Origin: Octopus bimaculoides
Lineage: Eukaryota
Reading direction: 5' to 3'
DNA: 47,956 nucleotides
Assembly: GCF_001194135.2 (NCBI RefSeq)
Contig: NC_068982.1
Coordinates: forward strand, 175,804,440 to 175,852,395
Part shown: positions 33,196-45,974 of the stretch, piece by piece
Layout of the letters: each line of letters begins with the position of its first letter
Numbering within the stretch: position 1 is the stretch's first letter
The notes under the pieces: generated by a model
Database searches by the model: none
What the model saw: the letters and a program-made list of their open reading frames with translations, nothing else
What the model was told of the DNA's origin: nothing
Made by a program: the position numbers and the translations under genes

Positions 33196-34746
33196 CATAC
33201 ATAAATACACAGACACATACACACACACACCTATATACATTGTTTGTGAAATGGAACAACTGTATGTGAATATGTTGATTAATTAATAAATTAATTTGTA
33301 TCCGTTAGATATTTCGGTTTTCTAGCTCAATAAAATGTTTGGTATTTTACGATACGATGTTCTATATATTATATTCTTGGAAGGATTACCTCTTCAAAAT
33401 TTAATATAGCAAACCAGTGTATCGTGGATAAATGTCCTTTGTGACTACTCTCTCTTTCCTTTCCTGAGCGTCCAATAATACTATCCATATCACGTCCTCA
33501 CTTTGTTGTTTTTTTTGTTATTGTTTTTTTTTAACTATATATATATATATATATATATANNNNNNNNNNNNNNNNNNNNNNNNNNNNNNNNNNNNNNNNN
33601 NNNNNNNNNNNNNNNNNNNNNNNNNNNNNNNNNNNNNNNNNNNNNNNNNNNNNNNNNNNNNNNNNNNNNNNNNNNNNNNNNNNNNNNNNNNNNNNNNNNN
33701 NNNNNNNNNNNNNNNNNNNNNNNNNNNNNNNNNNNNNNNNNNNNNNNNNNNNNNNNNNNNNNNNNNNNNNNNNNNNNNNNNNNNNNNNNNNNNNNNNNNN
33801 NNNNNNNNNNNNNNNNNNNNNNNNNNNNNNNNNNNNNNNNNNNNNNNNNNNNNNNNNNNNNNNNNNNNNNNNNNNNNNNNNNNNNNNNNNNNNNNNNNNN
33901 NNNNNNNNNNNNNNNNATATATATATATATATATATATACATAAACACACATATATATTCTCATACATACATATATACCAAACACTTTTTCACATACACA
34001 CATATATATATGCTAATAGAGAGAGACACAGAAAGAGAGAATGAGAGAAGAGAGGAGGAGTAAAGAAGCCTATGTAGTAGTATTAACGTAATATAAAAGT
34101 GCAGGTTAGCACAGTTAACTATTCTACACGTTAAGATAAACCTCGATTCAGGAAAGGAAGTGTGTGTCAGAGAAAGAGAGAGAATAGAGAAAAGGAGAGA
34201 GAGAGGGCGCCTACTCGCAAAGCAGCATTTGTAATAGTTAACCTATTAAAAGTAAAACAGGAATGGGAAAATACTTCGATGAAAATGTCATAAATGTAAA
34301 AAAAACGAAAGCAAGAAACATTGACGAGAAATAATCGTGTAATCTAAACAATATGCACCACACGCACACACACACACACCGAGCTATTACGACGATATCT
34401 CCTTGTCACAGAAACAGACACACAAGCGCGCGTGCGTAGAGTTGAAAATATTAATAGACGTTATTACTTTTCTTTTTTCATTCAGCTGCTGCAGTTGTAC
34501 CTTTGTTGCTGCTGCTAATACTAAGTGGTGCAATAGTAGGCTGACTATTACGTAGTATGCAATAACCTCGTTGCATAAATTGCACTAGTTTCGGTTTTCT
34601 TTCTGTCTTTTTCCTTTTGACATAACTGAAACACACCCACTCATACTTTCACATAGATATACATACACCCGGTTGTACTTTTAACTTAACAGCAACATGA
34701 AATGGTTAACATACTCGTACTTATATATATCTATAACATATGCATG

Positions 34747-34783
<37 letters not shown>

Positions 34784-34832
34784 CGCTCGCTTTCTGTCTG
34801 TCTCTCTCTTTCTCTGTACATACAACATACAC

Positions 34833-35070
34833 CACTGGTTCACAACCAGGATCCAGGTGACCCTAGGGGGTCCATATTAACATGTTACAATTTATGTATA
34901 GTAAATTGCTTATACTTCTACAATAGACTTTAAACGGTGTTTTTATTCAATTCCTTATATTCAATTATAAATATACGATAGTACTTTTTACACATTTAAT
35001 GGCTATGGGAGGCCACCCGAGTAAAACATGAATCAATGGGGTCTATAAGTAAAAATGGTTGAAACCACTG
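34833..35070. mobile_element. hAT-like MITE
   Basis: Imperfect TIR cactggttcacaacc / ggttgaaaccactg; 8-bp flanks acatacac / acagacaa (6/8 match) fit a decayed 8-bp TSD. Confidence 0.55.
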
Positions 35071-35147
35071 ACAGACAAACAAACATTACGCATGTATCAC
35101 ACACACACACACACACATATATATACATATATATATATATATATATT

Positions 35148-35290
35148 TCTTTATTGCCCACAGGGGGCTAAACATAGAGGGGACAAACAAGGACAAAGGG
35201 ATTAAGTCGATTACATCAACACCAGTGCATAACTGGTTCTTATTTAATCACCCTGAAAGGATGAAAGGTAAAATCGACCTCGGCGGAATA
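35148..35290 (-). mobile_element. SINE family B with an alternative 3' tail
   Basis: Central ...gaaaggatgaaaggtaaaatcgacctcggcgg as in family B, but the tail reads (reverse complement) ...atccctttgtccttgtttgtcccctctatgtttagccccctgtgggcaataaagaaa. Confidence 0.7.
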
Positions 35291-35949
35291 TATATATATA
35301 TATATATACATATATATTACACACAAAAATATATCGAAATAGATGTTCACATATTACATACACATGTGACATAATGCAGGAGGGCTGTGTGCGCGTGTGC
35401 ATGCGTGTGTAAAATGAATATAAATGAGGAAGATAGAAGGGACGAATTTTAAAACAAAACGAAACTGCAAAAGCCTCAGTCCTAATTACAATGTGTATCT
35501 TTGAAAATGGAACAGATTTACATTAGATACCAAATAATGACGGCTCACCGTTTTACGGTGTTTCCCACCTCTTTGTATTTTTTGTAAGCACTTTTTTCTT
35601 TCGTCTATTGACTTACATAGTAAATATGTTTACTTCAGAGCAAAGTGGAAATTTATGAACACGTGTAGCTCGGTCGACATTTTAATTACATAAATTAGAA
35701 ACATACATATTAAAAACGTACATACATAGGAAAAACCGTGACCTAATTCTAAACTATCCATTACATAATATGAGGCTTGTTTATGAAAGCGTAGACAGTT
35801 TAGGGTTAAGGTACTTGAGTTCACATCCCGACCAGTTTAAAATTTCCTTTCACCTTTCTTAGAGTCGTGAAACACAACTCAACTCAAATACTATATAAAA
35901 GAAAAGATTATTATTATTATTATTATTATTATTATCTCTATTATTACTA

Positions 35950-36500
35950 CTGAAAGGCAAAAAATTCAACCGAGGTCAACTTTGCCTTTGATCGGAGTCG
36001 ATAAAATATAGTAAGAGGGCTGGGGTGGATGTAATCGACTTCCCCCTCTCCTCAAAATTGTTCTCCAGGAGGCAAAATTAAAAGGAATTATAATTATTAG
36101 GAAGGCGGCAAGCTAGCAAAATCGTTAACGTGTCGGACAAAATGCTTAGAGGTATTTCTTCTGGGTTTTTTACGTTCTGGGCTCAAATCCCGTCGAAGTC
36201 AACTTTGCCTTTCATCCTTTCGTGGTCGATGAAAAAAAAGTAACAATCATGTACTTTCTACAGCCCTCAAAATTGCAAGTCTTGTACCAAAACTAGAAAG
36301 AATTATTATTAAGATTATGAAAGTAGCGTAGCAGACAAGATGCCTTGTTCTGTATTAGTTCATCCCTTTATGGACGAGGTCGTCATAACCTTTCATCTTC
36401 TGAGGTCGATAAATTTGTATACCTGTCAGGTGATGGAAGGATTAAGTCGACTACTCCGTTCCCCAAAATGTGACCTTGTGCCAAAGGTAAAAATTATTAG
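35950..36500 (+). mobile_element. Head-to-tail array of three SINE family B copies
   Basis: ctttgcctttcatcc...gtcgat motif near 35980, 36203 and 36390; (ATT)n-like linkers. Confidence 0.8.
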
Positions 36501-37247
36501 TATCAATACATTAACGTCGCTGGAGACTGAGTTTATGGAGTAGTCATGTGTGTGTCACGTCTGATAGATCAATAAATATATCTCTGAACAGGTTTCATTG
36601 AAAAATTTCTCGCCAGCAGCCAAAAGTCCCTGCATAACACCATGTACAAATATATTTATATAGTGTTAAATGTAGTACTATATTAGTAAAATGATTTAGA
36701 GGAAAGGAAATCATTTTAAACAGTAACAAACCTTCACGCTGATGTTTTTATGCATATATACTAGCATTCTCATATTTTTGGTCTTAGTATTTTTATTACC
36801 GCTAATTTCGGGACCAACAACAAAGACTGGGATAAAGATTGTCATTGACAACGGTTCATTTAGTGACCTAAATAACAGAAGGTTGTCAAATTTTTAATGA
36901 TCGTTTTTGCTATTCACACATACACGTATGTAGAGAGAATACCTGTCGCGCGACGATGAGGATTCAGTTATTCGATAAACAGAATTACCTGCTCCTGGAA
37001 AATAGAAGAACATTCCACAGATTGGTGTAACCTAAGTGCAATTCTCGGAGAGAATCGGTGTAACAATGTAATAAGGAGGTAACTTTAAATTTCAGACAAT
37101 CCACCTGAGCACTTTTTATTCAGTTTCTGTTAATATTTCACGTATTAGGTATGGGCTGACTCAAACCTATAGATCGAACCCGAGAACATGTTGCGAAACG
37201 AACTTCTTAACCACCCGGTCACACACACACACATACACACACACACA

Positions 37248-37380
37248 GGTGCGTGGCCAAGTGGTTAGAGTGTTGGCTCAATAAGGACGCGGGTTTAATT
37301 CCTAGATCGAGCAGCGCAGTGTATCCATGAGCAAGGAATATCATTTAATGTTCTAGTCTACTCAGCTGGAAGTAAGTAGT
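37248..37380 (+). mobile_element. SINE family C head
   Basis: ggtgcgtggccaagtggttagagtg (A box), gggtttaattcc (B-box-like), gtgtatccatgagcaagg. Confidence 0.6.
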
Positions 37381-39044
37381 TGCCCGACTGCCTTCTCTCC
37401 TCTAGCTGTTTTATCTCTGATGCTCCGTTGGGTCGAGCGAGAAAAGGGGGAGTACCGACAAAGTGTGTTTGCTCGCGATGAAAAAGGCACCTAGGACAGT
37501 TAATAAAAGTGTAGGACAGCAGACCACATCTTACTAAGCTCTTTGAACTTATGACAATAAAATACAAGTCACTGGTGTGAATGGTCACGACTAACATCAT
37601 CACCCTCAAATTTCAGGCTTTGTGTTTACATTACAGATATTTGGCTGTTATTTCTAGAAAATCGAACGATAACAGAGGGGATCCCTTGTTTGAGGGGAAG
37701 AGTTTTTGCTAGCTTTCTCATAATGTGTCGATGTTGTTGGCATTAATCAGCGTGTTGTGTTTGTTTGGGACGAAATGAAGGTAGGAAATGGTATTTTAGA
37801 GTTTTCTTAGCGGCAAACTTGCACTTTTGAACTATTTACCAAGGGGGATTGCGGAGTGTCAAAAGAGTAGGGATGAAACAGTGAGAGAAGTCGTGCAAAT
37901 GATTGCAAAATTAGCATATTGGGATAGGTTTGTGTACGTTCATCAAAAAGGTTCTCCCCGTATTATACACTATGAATTTCATTAAATCTTTTACGGATGC
38001 AAGATCAGTTTATCTCGGACAACTGGGTTTTACAGGAGAAATGGTTTTCATTACGGGATCTGAGTGGTGGGAGATACCCAGCTTGTTATCACGAAGAAAC
38101 AAAACTCGTTCTTACTATAATAGTTCTGATGAGCATGCTCAGAACCACGAGCCAGCTGAACGACTGGGTGTGACCCATAAAATGTATTTGTTCCAGATAC
38201 ACCAATCGTATGGAGAAGGAGAATGGCAGTCTGGGTAGGTTTATAGTTTCACCCCTGTAGAAGCCACTTCTACGCGCTCGTTCGACTTGCTACCTACGGT
38301 ATTCTAGGTATAGTAGTGCTAATACGCAAGAAGACGAGATGGTCAAGGTTGGAATGTCGATCGAATAATCAAAATTGTTGTTACGGTTAAGAGACCGAGA
38401 GATAACATCACATAAGTTTGTCTAGTCTAGTGTGCATAGTGTACAGAAGAATTAAGCTTTTTTCTATCTACCAGATGCATCTTGTATCGCTTTTTTCTCT
38501 TCATTTTTTTCTTTAGGGGACGAGAACGTTTACAAATACACAAGGAGAGTGTAGTAGATATAGTATAGAGTACTACTACATCGAAAGAAGAAAAGGAGAA
38601 CACAATAATATATGGAATAACAATTTTATTGTGGGTATTGGAAGGTTTAATACTTCACTAACCGTTTCTTCAGCTCGGCGAGAATCCGTGGACAGTGTGT
38701 GTATTACATATTATACACACATAAAGCACATCTATATGCATGTATACATACATATACAAACAAAAGCATATGCACATAGACATAATTAGCTACATATGTA
38801 TGAATTTATGTATCTACATGTCTATATAAATATAAGTATGCATATATTTGTACATACTACATATGAGTCTTATACACACACGCACTGATACATTAACTAC
38901 AATGAAGAAAGCAACCTTGACATACAAGACTTGCATTTATTTATGTTCGTTTTTTAGTCTCACGTGTGTTATTGATGTGGCTCTTACAACGACTGTAACT
39001 GGTCTTACATCAAGAACAACTCGTACAGCACCAACCATAACAAT

Positions 39045-39460
39045 ATCTATTTTAGGTACAAGGCCGTAAATCTGGAGGTTGAAGGGAGGTGGGCAGTCGA
39101 TTAAATTAAGCGCAAGCACTTACTTACCCAGGTTCAGGGAACCGAAAGGCAAAGTTGACACTGATGAGAAGTGAACTCAGAACGTTCAGTGATGTAACTC
39201 AATACTGCAAGGCATTTTATCTAGCACTCTACTGATTCTGTCGTCTACTGCCCTTGAACGTTTCTGATTTAGGTACAAGGCCAGCAGTTTCGTGGGGTTG
39301 AGGAAGTAGTCGATGCAGTCGACTCAGTACTTGTTTTATCAATCCCGGGGAATGAAAGACGAAGTTGACATCGGTGGTATTTTAAACTCAGAATGAAAAC
39401 AGCCTGATGAAATATAGCTCAAAACATTTTGTCCGACACTAACAATTCAACCAAGTCTGC
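39045..39460 (-). mobile_element. Two tandem SINE family B copies
   Basis: gaaaggcaaagttgacac...gaactcagaacg at 39145-39185 and gaatgaaagacgaagttgacatcgg...aactcagaatg at 39350-39395. Confidence 0.7.
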
Positions 39461-41344
39461 CATCGATGACGGATGAAAGGGGTATTATAGATAAAAGTAT
39501 AATTTCTTTACTTGCCACAAGAGCGGCGAATGAGGGGGTATTACAAGGACAAAGTGGATAACACGAGTTAGTTTCGATTCCTAGTCGGAGTAATCTCGCT
39601 TCACCTATGCCTCTAAACACTTTTATAAAAGCATCGACATCACAACATCCTAGAAGAAACCCATTATCACATTAATGTGTTGTTATTAGCAGTAGGAAAA
39701 TAGGGTGGCGGAAGGATAGTGATATTAAAAGCTTTACAATTATTCATTTAGTCCCCACTGAGTTCTGAGTTCAAATTATACAGCGAGCGACAACGTCTTT
39801 CGCCCTTACAGGGGTTTGATAAAAATAATTGTGGTATAGTGTTATTGAATGGGCACAAAGCTTCAAATATGAAGTTTTGGGTCTATGCAGGAAAATCAGT
39901 TGATGCAACAAGGTGGTAGTACAGTGCCGAACTATTTTGTTATACTGTTATGATATCGAACGCGAAGTGAGAGTGAGGATCGGTAAAAATAGAATACTTG
40001 GAATATTGTCTATTCAAATGTTAATCTGAGGCAACGAGGTTCTCAGTGGCTGTTGGAATTGCTAGAAAGAGCAGCCATATCTCCTACAAAACACACACAG
40101 TTTCAGAATTTTAGAAAGGGCATATTGACTGACATTTATATTTTATCTACCTAGGCAAAATTGCACACCCTTATGATTTAAAAAGCCGTAACTAAAAACC
40201 GCAAAAAATAAATATACTATGCCTGAACATAAAATTGATGGTCATGGTTAGAACGCTTTTGGCCCAAAGGTCACTTTAATCACGGTTTAAGACTATACAA
40301 GAAAATATATATTTTTTTTGAATTGTAAGTAAAAATATAAAATGAGTTGGAAACAAAATTCCAATATTGTAATGCTTGTAATCGTTTTGGCCTCGTGGCA
40401 AAATACAGATGTTGGCATTGTTGTTGCACTGCTGTCGTCCACTATGGTTCGTTTCTGTTGTTTCATCGCTCGCGTGGGATGTGTTTATATGTGAGTATGC
40501 TTGAGTGTGTAAAAAGAGGGGGAAAAAAGGATGAATATCGCAGTGTAACATCAAGGTATAGAAGGGAGAAGGGGCAACTGAAGAAAGGAAGGGGCGAAAA
40601 AATGATGCTAGAATTGTAGGAGAAGGAGGTGAAGTGAAGCGTGGGCTGAAGGGGTTCGGTCGGCGGGACGCACGTGAGCCGTTTTGTTATATTTATTTGC
40701 AAAGCTAAGAATTTGGGTTGCAGTGGTATGACGTGGATGGGTGGAGAAGAGGTGCAGATTAAAGGAGTTGAGGTTCGAAATTTGTTTCAAAAAGAAAAAG
40801 AAAAAAAAAGTTCAGAAACACTTATTCAATTAATAGTGGATTGCTGCGTCAACAAATAAGACTGGGGTTTGCATTCGCTTGCTGGTTACATTCCTGACAA
40901 TAACGTCTATTATTAATTCTCTCATTCAGCAACTAGTCCTTCCTTCCACCAATAGTTAAGATTCACAGGAAAATAAAAGTAAAAGTTAAGATAAACAATG
41001 TATAGGTACCCTATCTATATGTGGTCGAACGATTGTCATGTTTAAGAACATACTTAGAATTGCCTCACACAAGTCTTTAAAATAGTAACAAATTTATGAA
41101 GTAGAACTAGATTTGCATGTACACAAAAGTAAAAAAAAACGTCAGGTCATTGCTATGAACACACACCCTTTTTCATCTCCATCACTGCAGACCAAAGGTT
41201 CAACAACTGCTACACCATAAATTAATCAGTCGATCGAACTTGTAATCAACCGATCAATTAATCACTCAATCAATAACAACAAGCACACACACATACAAAT
41301 ATACATATAAGGATGTGTATATACATACATACACACACACACAC

Positions 41345-41345
41345 A

Positions 41346-41428
<83 letters not shown>
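41345..41428. repeat. (ATCT)n + (AT)n microsatellite
   Basis: Direct reading. Confidence 0.95.
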
Positions 41429-41430
<2 letters not shown>

Positions 41431-41721
41431 TCATCATCATCGTTTAACGTCCGCTTTCCATGCTAGCATGGGTTGGACGATTTGACTGAGGACTGGTGAA
41501 ACCGGATGGCAACACCAGGCTCCAGTCTGATTTGGCAGAGTTTCTACAGCTGGATGCCCTTCCTAACGCCAACCACTCAGAGAGTGTAGTGGGTGCTTTT
41601 ACGTGTCACCCGCACGAAAACGGCCACGCTCGAAATGGTGTCTTTTATGTGCCACCCGCACAAGCCAGTCCAGGGGCACTGGCAACGATCTCGCTCGAAA
41701 ATCCTACAGGGGCCAGTCAGG

Positions 41722-41723
<2 letters not shown>
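41425..41723 (-). mobile_element. RTE 3' UTR fragment, young-looking
   Basis: catcatcatcgtttaacgtccgctttccatgctagcatggg...; 106/107 identity to 29425-29531. Confidence 0.85.
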
Positions 41724-41758
<35 letters not shown>

Positions 41759-41771
41759 TGTATATAAATAC

Positions 41772-42063
41772 ATATTGCAAATACGTAAAATATAGGGTAG
41801 CGAGCCCCTCTAGAAACTTCACCACCAGTGGCCCAGCATGTATAAAAAGTCAATAGACAACATATTCTCAATATAAAATAGTGTACATTTAAACATAAGA
41901 GAAACTGCCTTCAACAGGCAGTTTTACACGCTAGAAGAAGTAGTTAAAACGACCAAAACCACATCTAAGAGCAATTTGACTACTTCTAGCGTGTAAAACT
42001 GCCTGTTGAAGGCAGTTTCTCTTGTGTTTAAATGTACACTATTTTATATATTGCAAATAGGTA
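41772..42063. repeat. Insertion bounded by 16-bp direct repeats and ending in a 75/78-bp hairpin
   Basis: atattgcaaata(c/g)gta at 41772-41787 and 42048-42063; inverted arms 41871-41948 and 41975-42049. Confidence 0.8.
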
Positions 42064-42246
42064 TATATATGGATATGAATGTATATATACATAACAATAA
42101 ACATATACATATATATGCACACACATACATAAAGACATGTAAATATATCAATATACACAAATATATACATGTAGACGTAAAAAGTATATAGCCATGTATA
42201 CACATGCATATAGCTATATATATATATATATATATATATAAAGATA

Positions 42247-42281
<35 letters not shown>

Positions 42282-42944
42282 ATATATNNNNNNNNNNNNN
42301 NNNNNNNNNNNNNNNNNNNNNNNNNNNNNNNNNNNNNNNNNNNNNNNNNNNNNNNNNNNNNNNNNNNNNNNNNNNNNNNNNNNNNNNNNNNNNNNNNNNN
42401 NNNNNNNNNNNNNNNNNNNNNNNNNNNNNNNNNNNNNNNNNNNNNNNNNNNNNNNNNNNNNNNNNNNNNNNNNNNNNNNNNNNNNNNNNNNNNNNNNNNN
42501 NNNNNNNNNNNNNNNNNNNNNNNNNNNNNNNNNNNNNNNNNNNNNNNNNNNNNNNNNNNNNNNNNNNNNNNNNNNNNNNNNNNNNNNNNNNNNNNNNNNN
42601 NNNNNNNNNNNNNNNNNNNNNNNNNNNNNNNNNNNNNNNNNNNNNNNNNNNNNNNNNNNNNNNNNNNNNNNNNNNNNNNNNNNNNNNNNNNNNNNNNNNN
42701 NNNNNNNNNNNNNNNNNNNNNNNNNNNNNNNNNNNNNNNNNNNNNNNNNNNNNNNNNNNNNNNNNNNNNNNNNNNNNNNNNNNNNNNNNNNNNNNNNNNN
42801 NNNNNNNNNNNNNNNNNNNNNNNNNNNNNNNNNNNNNNNNNNNNNNNNNNNNNNNNNNNNNNNNNNNNNNNNNNNNNNNNNNNNNNNNNNNNNNNNNNNN
42901 NNNNNNNNNNNNNNNNNNNNNTATATATATATATATATATATAT

Positions 42945-43140
42945 AGCATCATTTAACGTCCATGTTGGCATGGGTTGGATTGTTTAACAGGATCCAATTC
43001 CAATAGGGTGTAAGGGTTGCACCAGGCTCCAGTGTCAGCTCCAGCATGGTTTCTACAACTGGATGCCTTTCCTAACACCAACCACTTTACACTATAAACT
43101 AGGTGCATTTTCCATGTCACCAGCACTAGTGAGGTCACCA
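42945..43140 (-). mobile_element. RTE 3' terminal fragment
   Basis: catcatttaacgtccatgttggcatgggttgg...tttctacaactggatgcctttcctaacacc. Confidence 0.7.
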
Positions 43141-43569
43141 GGCTGCCTGCAAGGCTATTAATCTTAAAGTGGGAGAGACTTTTGCAAGGAGACTGAAGCA
43201 GAGCTACATGGCTACTCACAGGTAGAAGAGAGGGTGGAATAACCATGTGGAGCTGGAAAAAGAGTAAATAATGGTGATGTGGTGTCCAGGTGGCCCCTCA
43301 AGGTATGAAGTGAGTAGGGATACAGGAATTAGGAGCGTGGGAAAGTGGGTGGCGTTTTGGCAAGAGATGGGAGGAATGGGTGAGGGGAAAAGAGGTAGGC
43401 AATAACTAATGATTGGGTAGGGTTGAAGGCTGGAAGTAGTGAATTGTGGATAAGGGGTGGGAGATGACCAATGATGCATGTGGTTGGAGGATGCAGTAGG
43501 AAACAGCAGGACACAATGATGACAGAGTAGACAGGTGAAGGCTGATGGAGAGATGACATGATTGGGACT

Positions 43570-43935
43570 GAGAGCGTCACGTTCCTGGCACTTGTGCCGG
43601 TGGCACGTGAAAAGTCATTTGGGCGAGATCGTTGCCAGTGCCGCTGAATTGGCTCCTGTGCAGGTGGCATGTAAAGTACACCATTTAGAGCGTGGCCGTT
43701 GCCAGTTCCGCCCGACTGGCCTTCGTGCCGGTGGCACGTAAAAGCACCCACTACACTCTCTGAATGGTTGGCATTAGGAAGGGCATCCAGCTGTAGAAGC
43801 TCTGCCGAATCAGATTGGAGCCTGGTGTAGCCATCTGGTTTGCCAGTCCTCAGTTAAATTGTCCAACCCATGCTAGTATGGAAAGCGGACGTTAAACGAT
43901 GATGATAATGATGATAATGATGGTGGTGGTGATGA
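43570..43935 (+). mobile_element. RTE 3' UTR fragment with minisatellite units and (GAT)n tail
   Basis: gtggcacgtaaaagcacccactacactc...ggaaagcggacgttaaacgatgatgat. Confidence 0.85.
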
Positions 43936-44156
43936 TGAGAGAAATGGTTTCATTTCTCACTGGTGGGTATTGGTGATTAGTGTAGTGTGCGTGGAGGATG
44001 GAGGGAAAACAGTATTAAAGGATAACAGATGAAATGGTTCTGAAGAGCAAGAAAATAAATGGTATCAAGTAAATAGTATCAAGTTAGAGAGATGAGAGGT
44101 GGTGGAGGGTAATTTGAGGAAGAGAATGGGTGAAGGATTGGGGTTTCTCAAGAATC

Positions 44157-45480
44157 ATGTGATGCCATTCATCCTGGTCGTTTGTCATTTCCTCCATGAA
44201 GCTCAGGGTCCTTAGGCCAACCTTTGCACTCCCCTGTTTTCCAGTTTCCTTTTTCAGCAAGTTTCATTCACATTAAGTGATTGACACTTCTTTTTAAGGC
44301 TGTCCTCACCCATACACATCACATGTCCATGCCAACACAGTCTTCTTTTTTTGCAGATTACACTTAATTCCTATGCCCCGTTTTCCTCCCAGTAATTAAT
44401 ATTATGTTGTTCATGCACACTTACATTGCACATCCAACAGAGTTTGTTCATTTCATTTTTTTCTATTCTTCTGAAATCCTCTCTGCATTTAAGACCCATG
44501 TCTTATTACCATGCAACACTGCAGTTCTAACACAACCATCATAAAAATTAACCCTCCACTCAGAGAGAAAAAAACCTTCAATGCCAACAGTAGTAGTGGA
44601 TTCCTTGAACTTTCTCCAAGCTGTTCTTACTCTAATTGCTATAATTTCAGAGCAACCACCACCCTTGTAACTTACATTAAGGTAACAAAAGCTATCAGCT
44701 ACTTCTTGTGAGCCATCTTGGCATTCAAAGGAGTCTGATTTCAGTATATTCATAGCATGTACTGCTCTGGTGCATCTGTCACATACAAAGCTTATGTTCT
44801 CTGCTAATCTGTCTGTGTTTTCATTTCATCTCTTATGAGTTCATAGTTTACATGGAGTAAAGTGTATCGAATTTATACCAACTGTTTTTCTGCATATTGA
44901 GTATGGCCATTTCCCTGAAAATACTAGGGTCCTGTCTTCTTTCTTATTTATTGAAACCTTTGTCTTTGCTGAGTTTAATATCTCTCAATTCTAGGTTTCA
45001 TTTTCTTGGCTGGAATTTCCTCATTAATTCCCCTCTAGATTCAGCTACAAGAACTAGATAATCAATATTTAGCTGTTTCCATGGTCAGCCAGTTTTAAAC
45101 CTCTTTAATATGATCTGTAGGGCCATGATGAATAGGAAGGGACTGTGGACTGGGCTCTGATGGACACCAACTTACTGCATCTTTGTATGTTGTTTGTACA
45201 GCCCTCAGAGACCATTCAATAATACCTAGTTTCCTTAGTAATTTCTAGATTACAGTATGTGGTACCCTGTCAAATGCCTTCTCCAAGTCACTGAAAGCCA
45301 GGTATTCCTCCTGCAGTTGCCTCACTAGGACGATTACATCGTTGGTACCTCTTGCAGGTATAAAGCCAAACTGCACCTCATCTAGGTCTACCCTAAAATG
45401 AATCAGATGTGCTATGACTCTCTCCATGAACTTCATAACCAGTTCCAATAATTTGATTCCTCTCTAAGGCATCTCCTTTA
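44157..45480 (-). mobile_element. RTE-clade LINE ORF2 relic including the start of the RT domain
   Basis: KFMERVI...QFGFIPARGTNDVIVLVRQLQEEYLAFSDLEKAFDRVP; later DSFCYL...IRVRTAWRKFKE...AVLHG.KTW. Confidence 0.88.
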
Positions 45481-45974
45481 ACTTTTGTAGCTATTTTTGA
45501 TGATACTGCTATGCAAGTCATTGGGTGGTAAACATGTACCTTACCTCATCAGATACCCTTCCTTACACCTACCACAAAAGAAGGAGAGAGTATTGTTGGT
45601 AGATATGGGTGAGTATAAAGAATGATAGCAGGTAGGAAAGGTGTTAAAGATGCAGTATGGTGGATCTAAGATGAAGTTTAGAGGTGAGGGTGAGCTAACT
45701 GAAGGTGTAGGAAAGGGGTGATCAGTAGAACGTGGTGTGGGAAGAGATGATAATGAGAATGAAGGATGGAGTTTAAAAGAAGTGGTTTTAGGAGGAAAAG
45801 AAGATAGTTGGTAGCATTAACAGGGTGTAAAATACAAACTGCATCTGCTTCCAAATGATTACAGTAGCTGAATAGTGCCATAGTTAGGAGAGTAACAGAG
45901 GGACGGGTGTTAGGAAAAAGAGATGTGAGGGAATGCTTGATGGACAGATTGGGTGCAGGGCCCAGTATGAACTG

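Larger units (their letters stand above)
2332..42921. other. Assembly gaps (N): 2332-2351, 7383-7900, 14070-14190, 19413-19900, 26757-26766, 29199-29424, 33560-33916, 42288-42921
   Basis: Direct reading; five of the eight abut (AT)n tracts on at least one side. Confidence 0.99.

Noticed and set aside
36687-36718. 11-bp AT-rich inverted repeat taaaatgattt/aaatcatttta
   Set aside because: Expected by chance at this base composition.
43150-43560. G-rich, purine-skewed tract with several GGG runs (G-quadruplex candidate)
   Set aside because: Loops are long and irregular; similar skewed low-complexity DNA occurs at 6970-7240 and 45560-45960.
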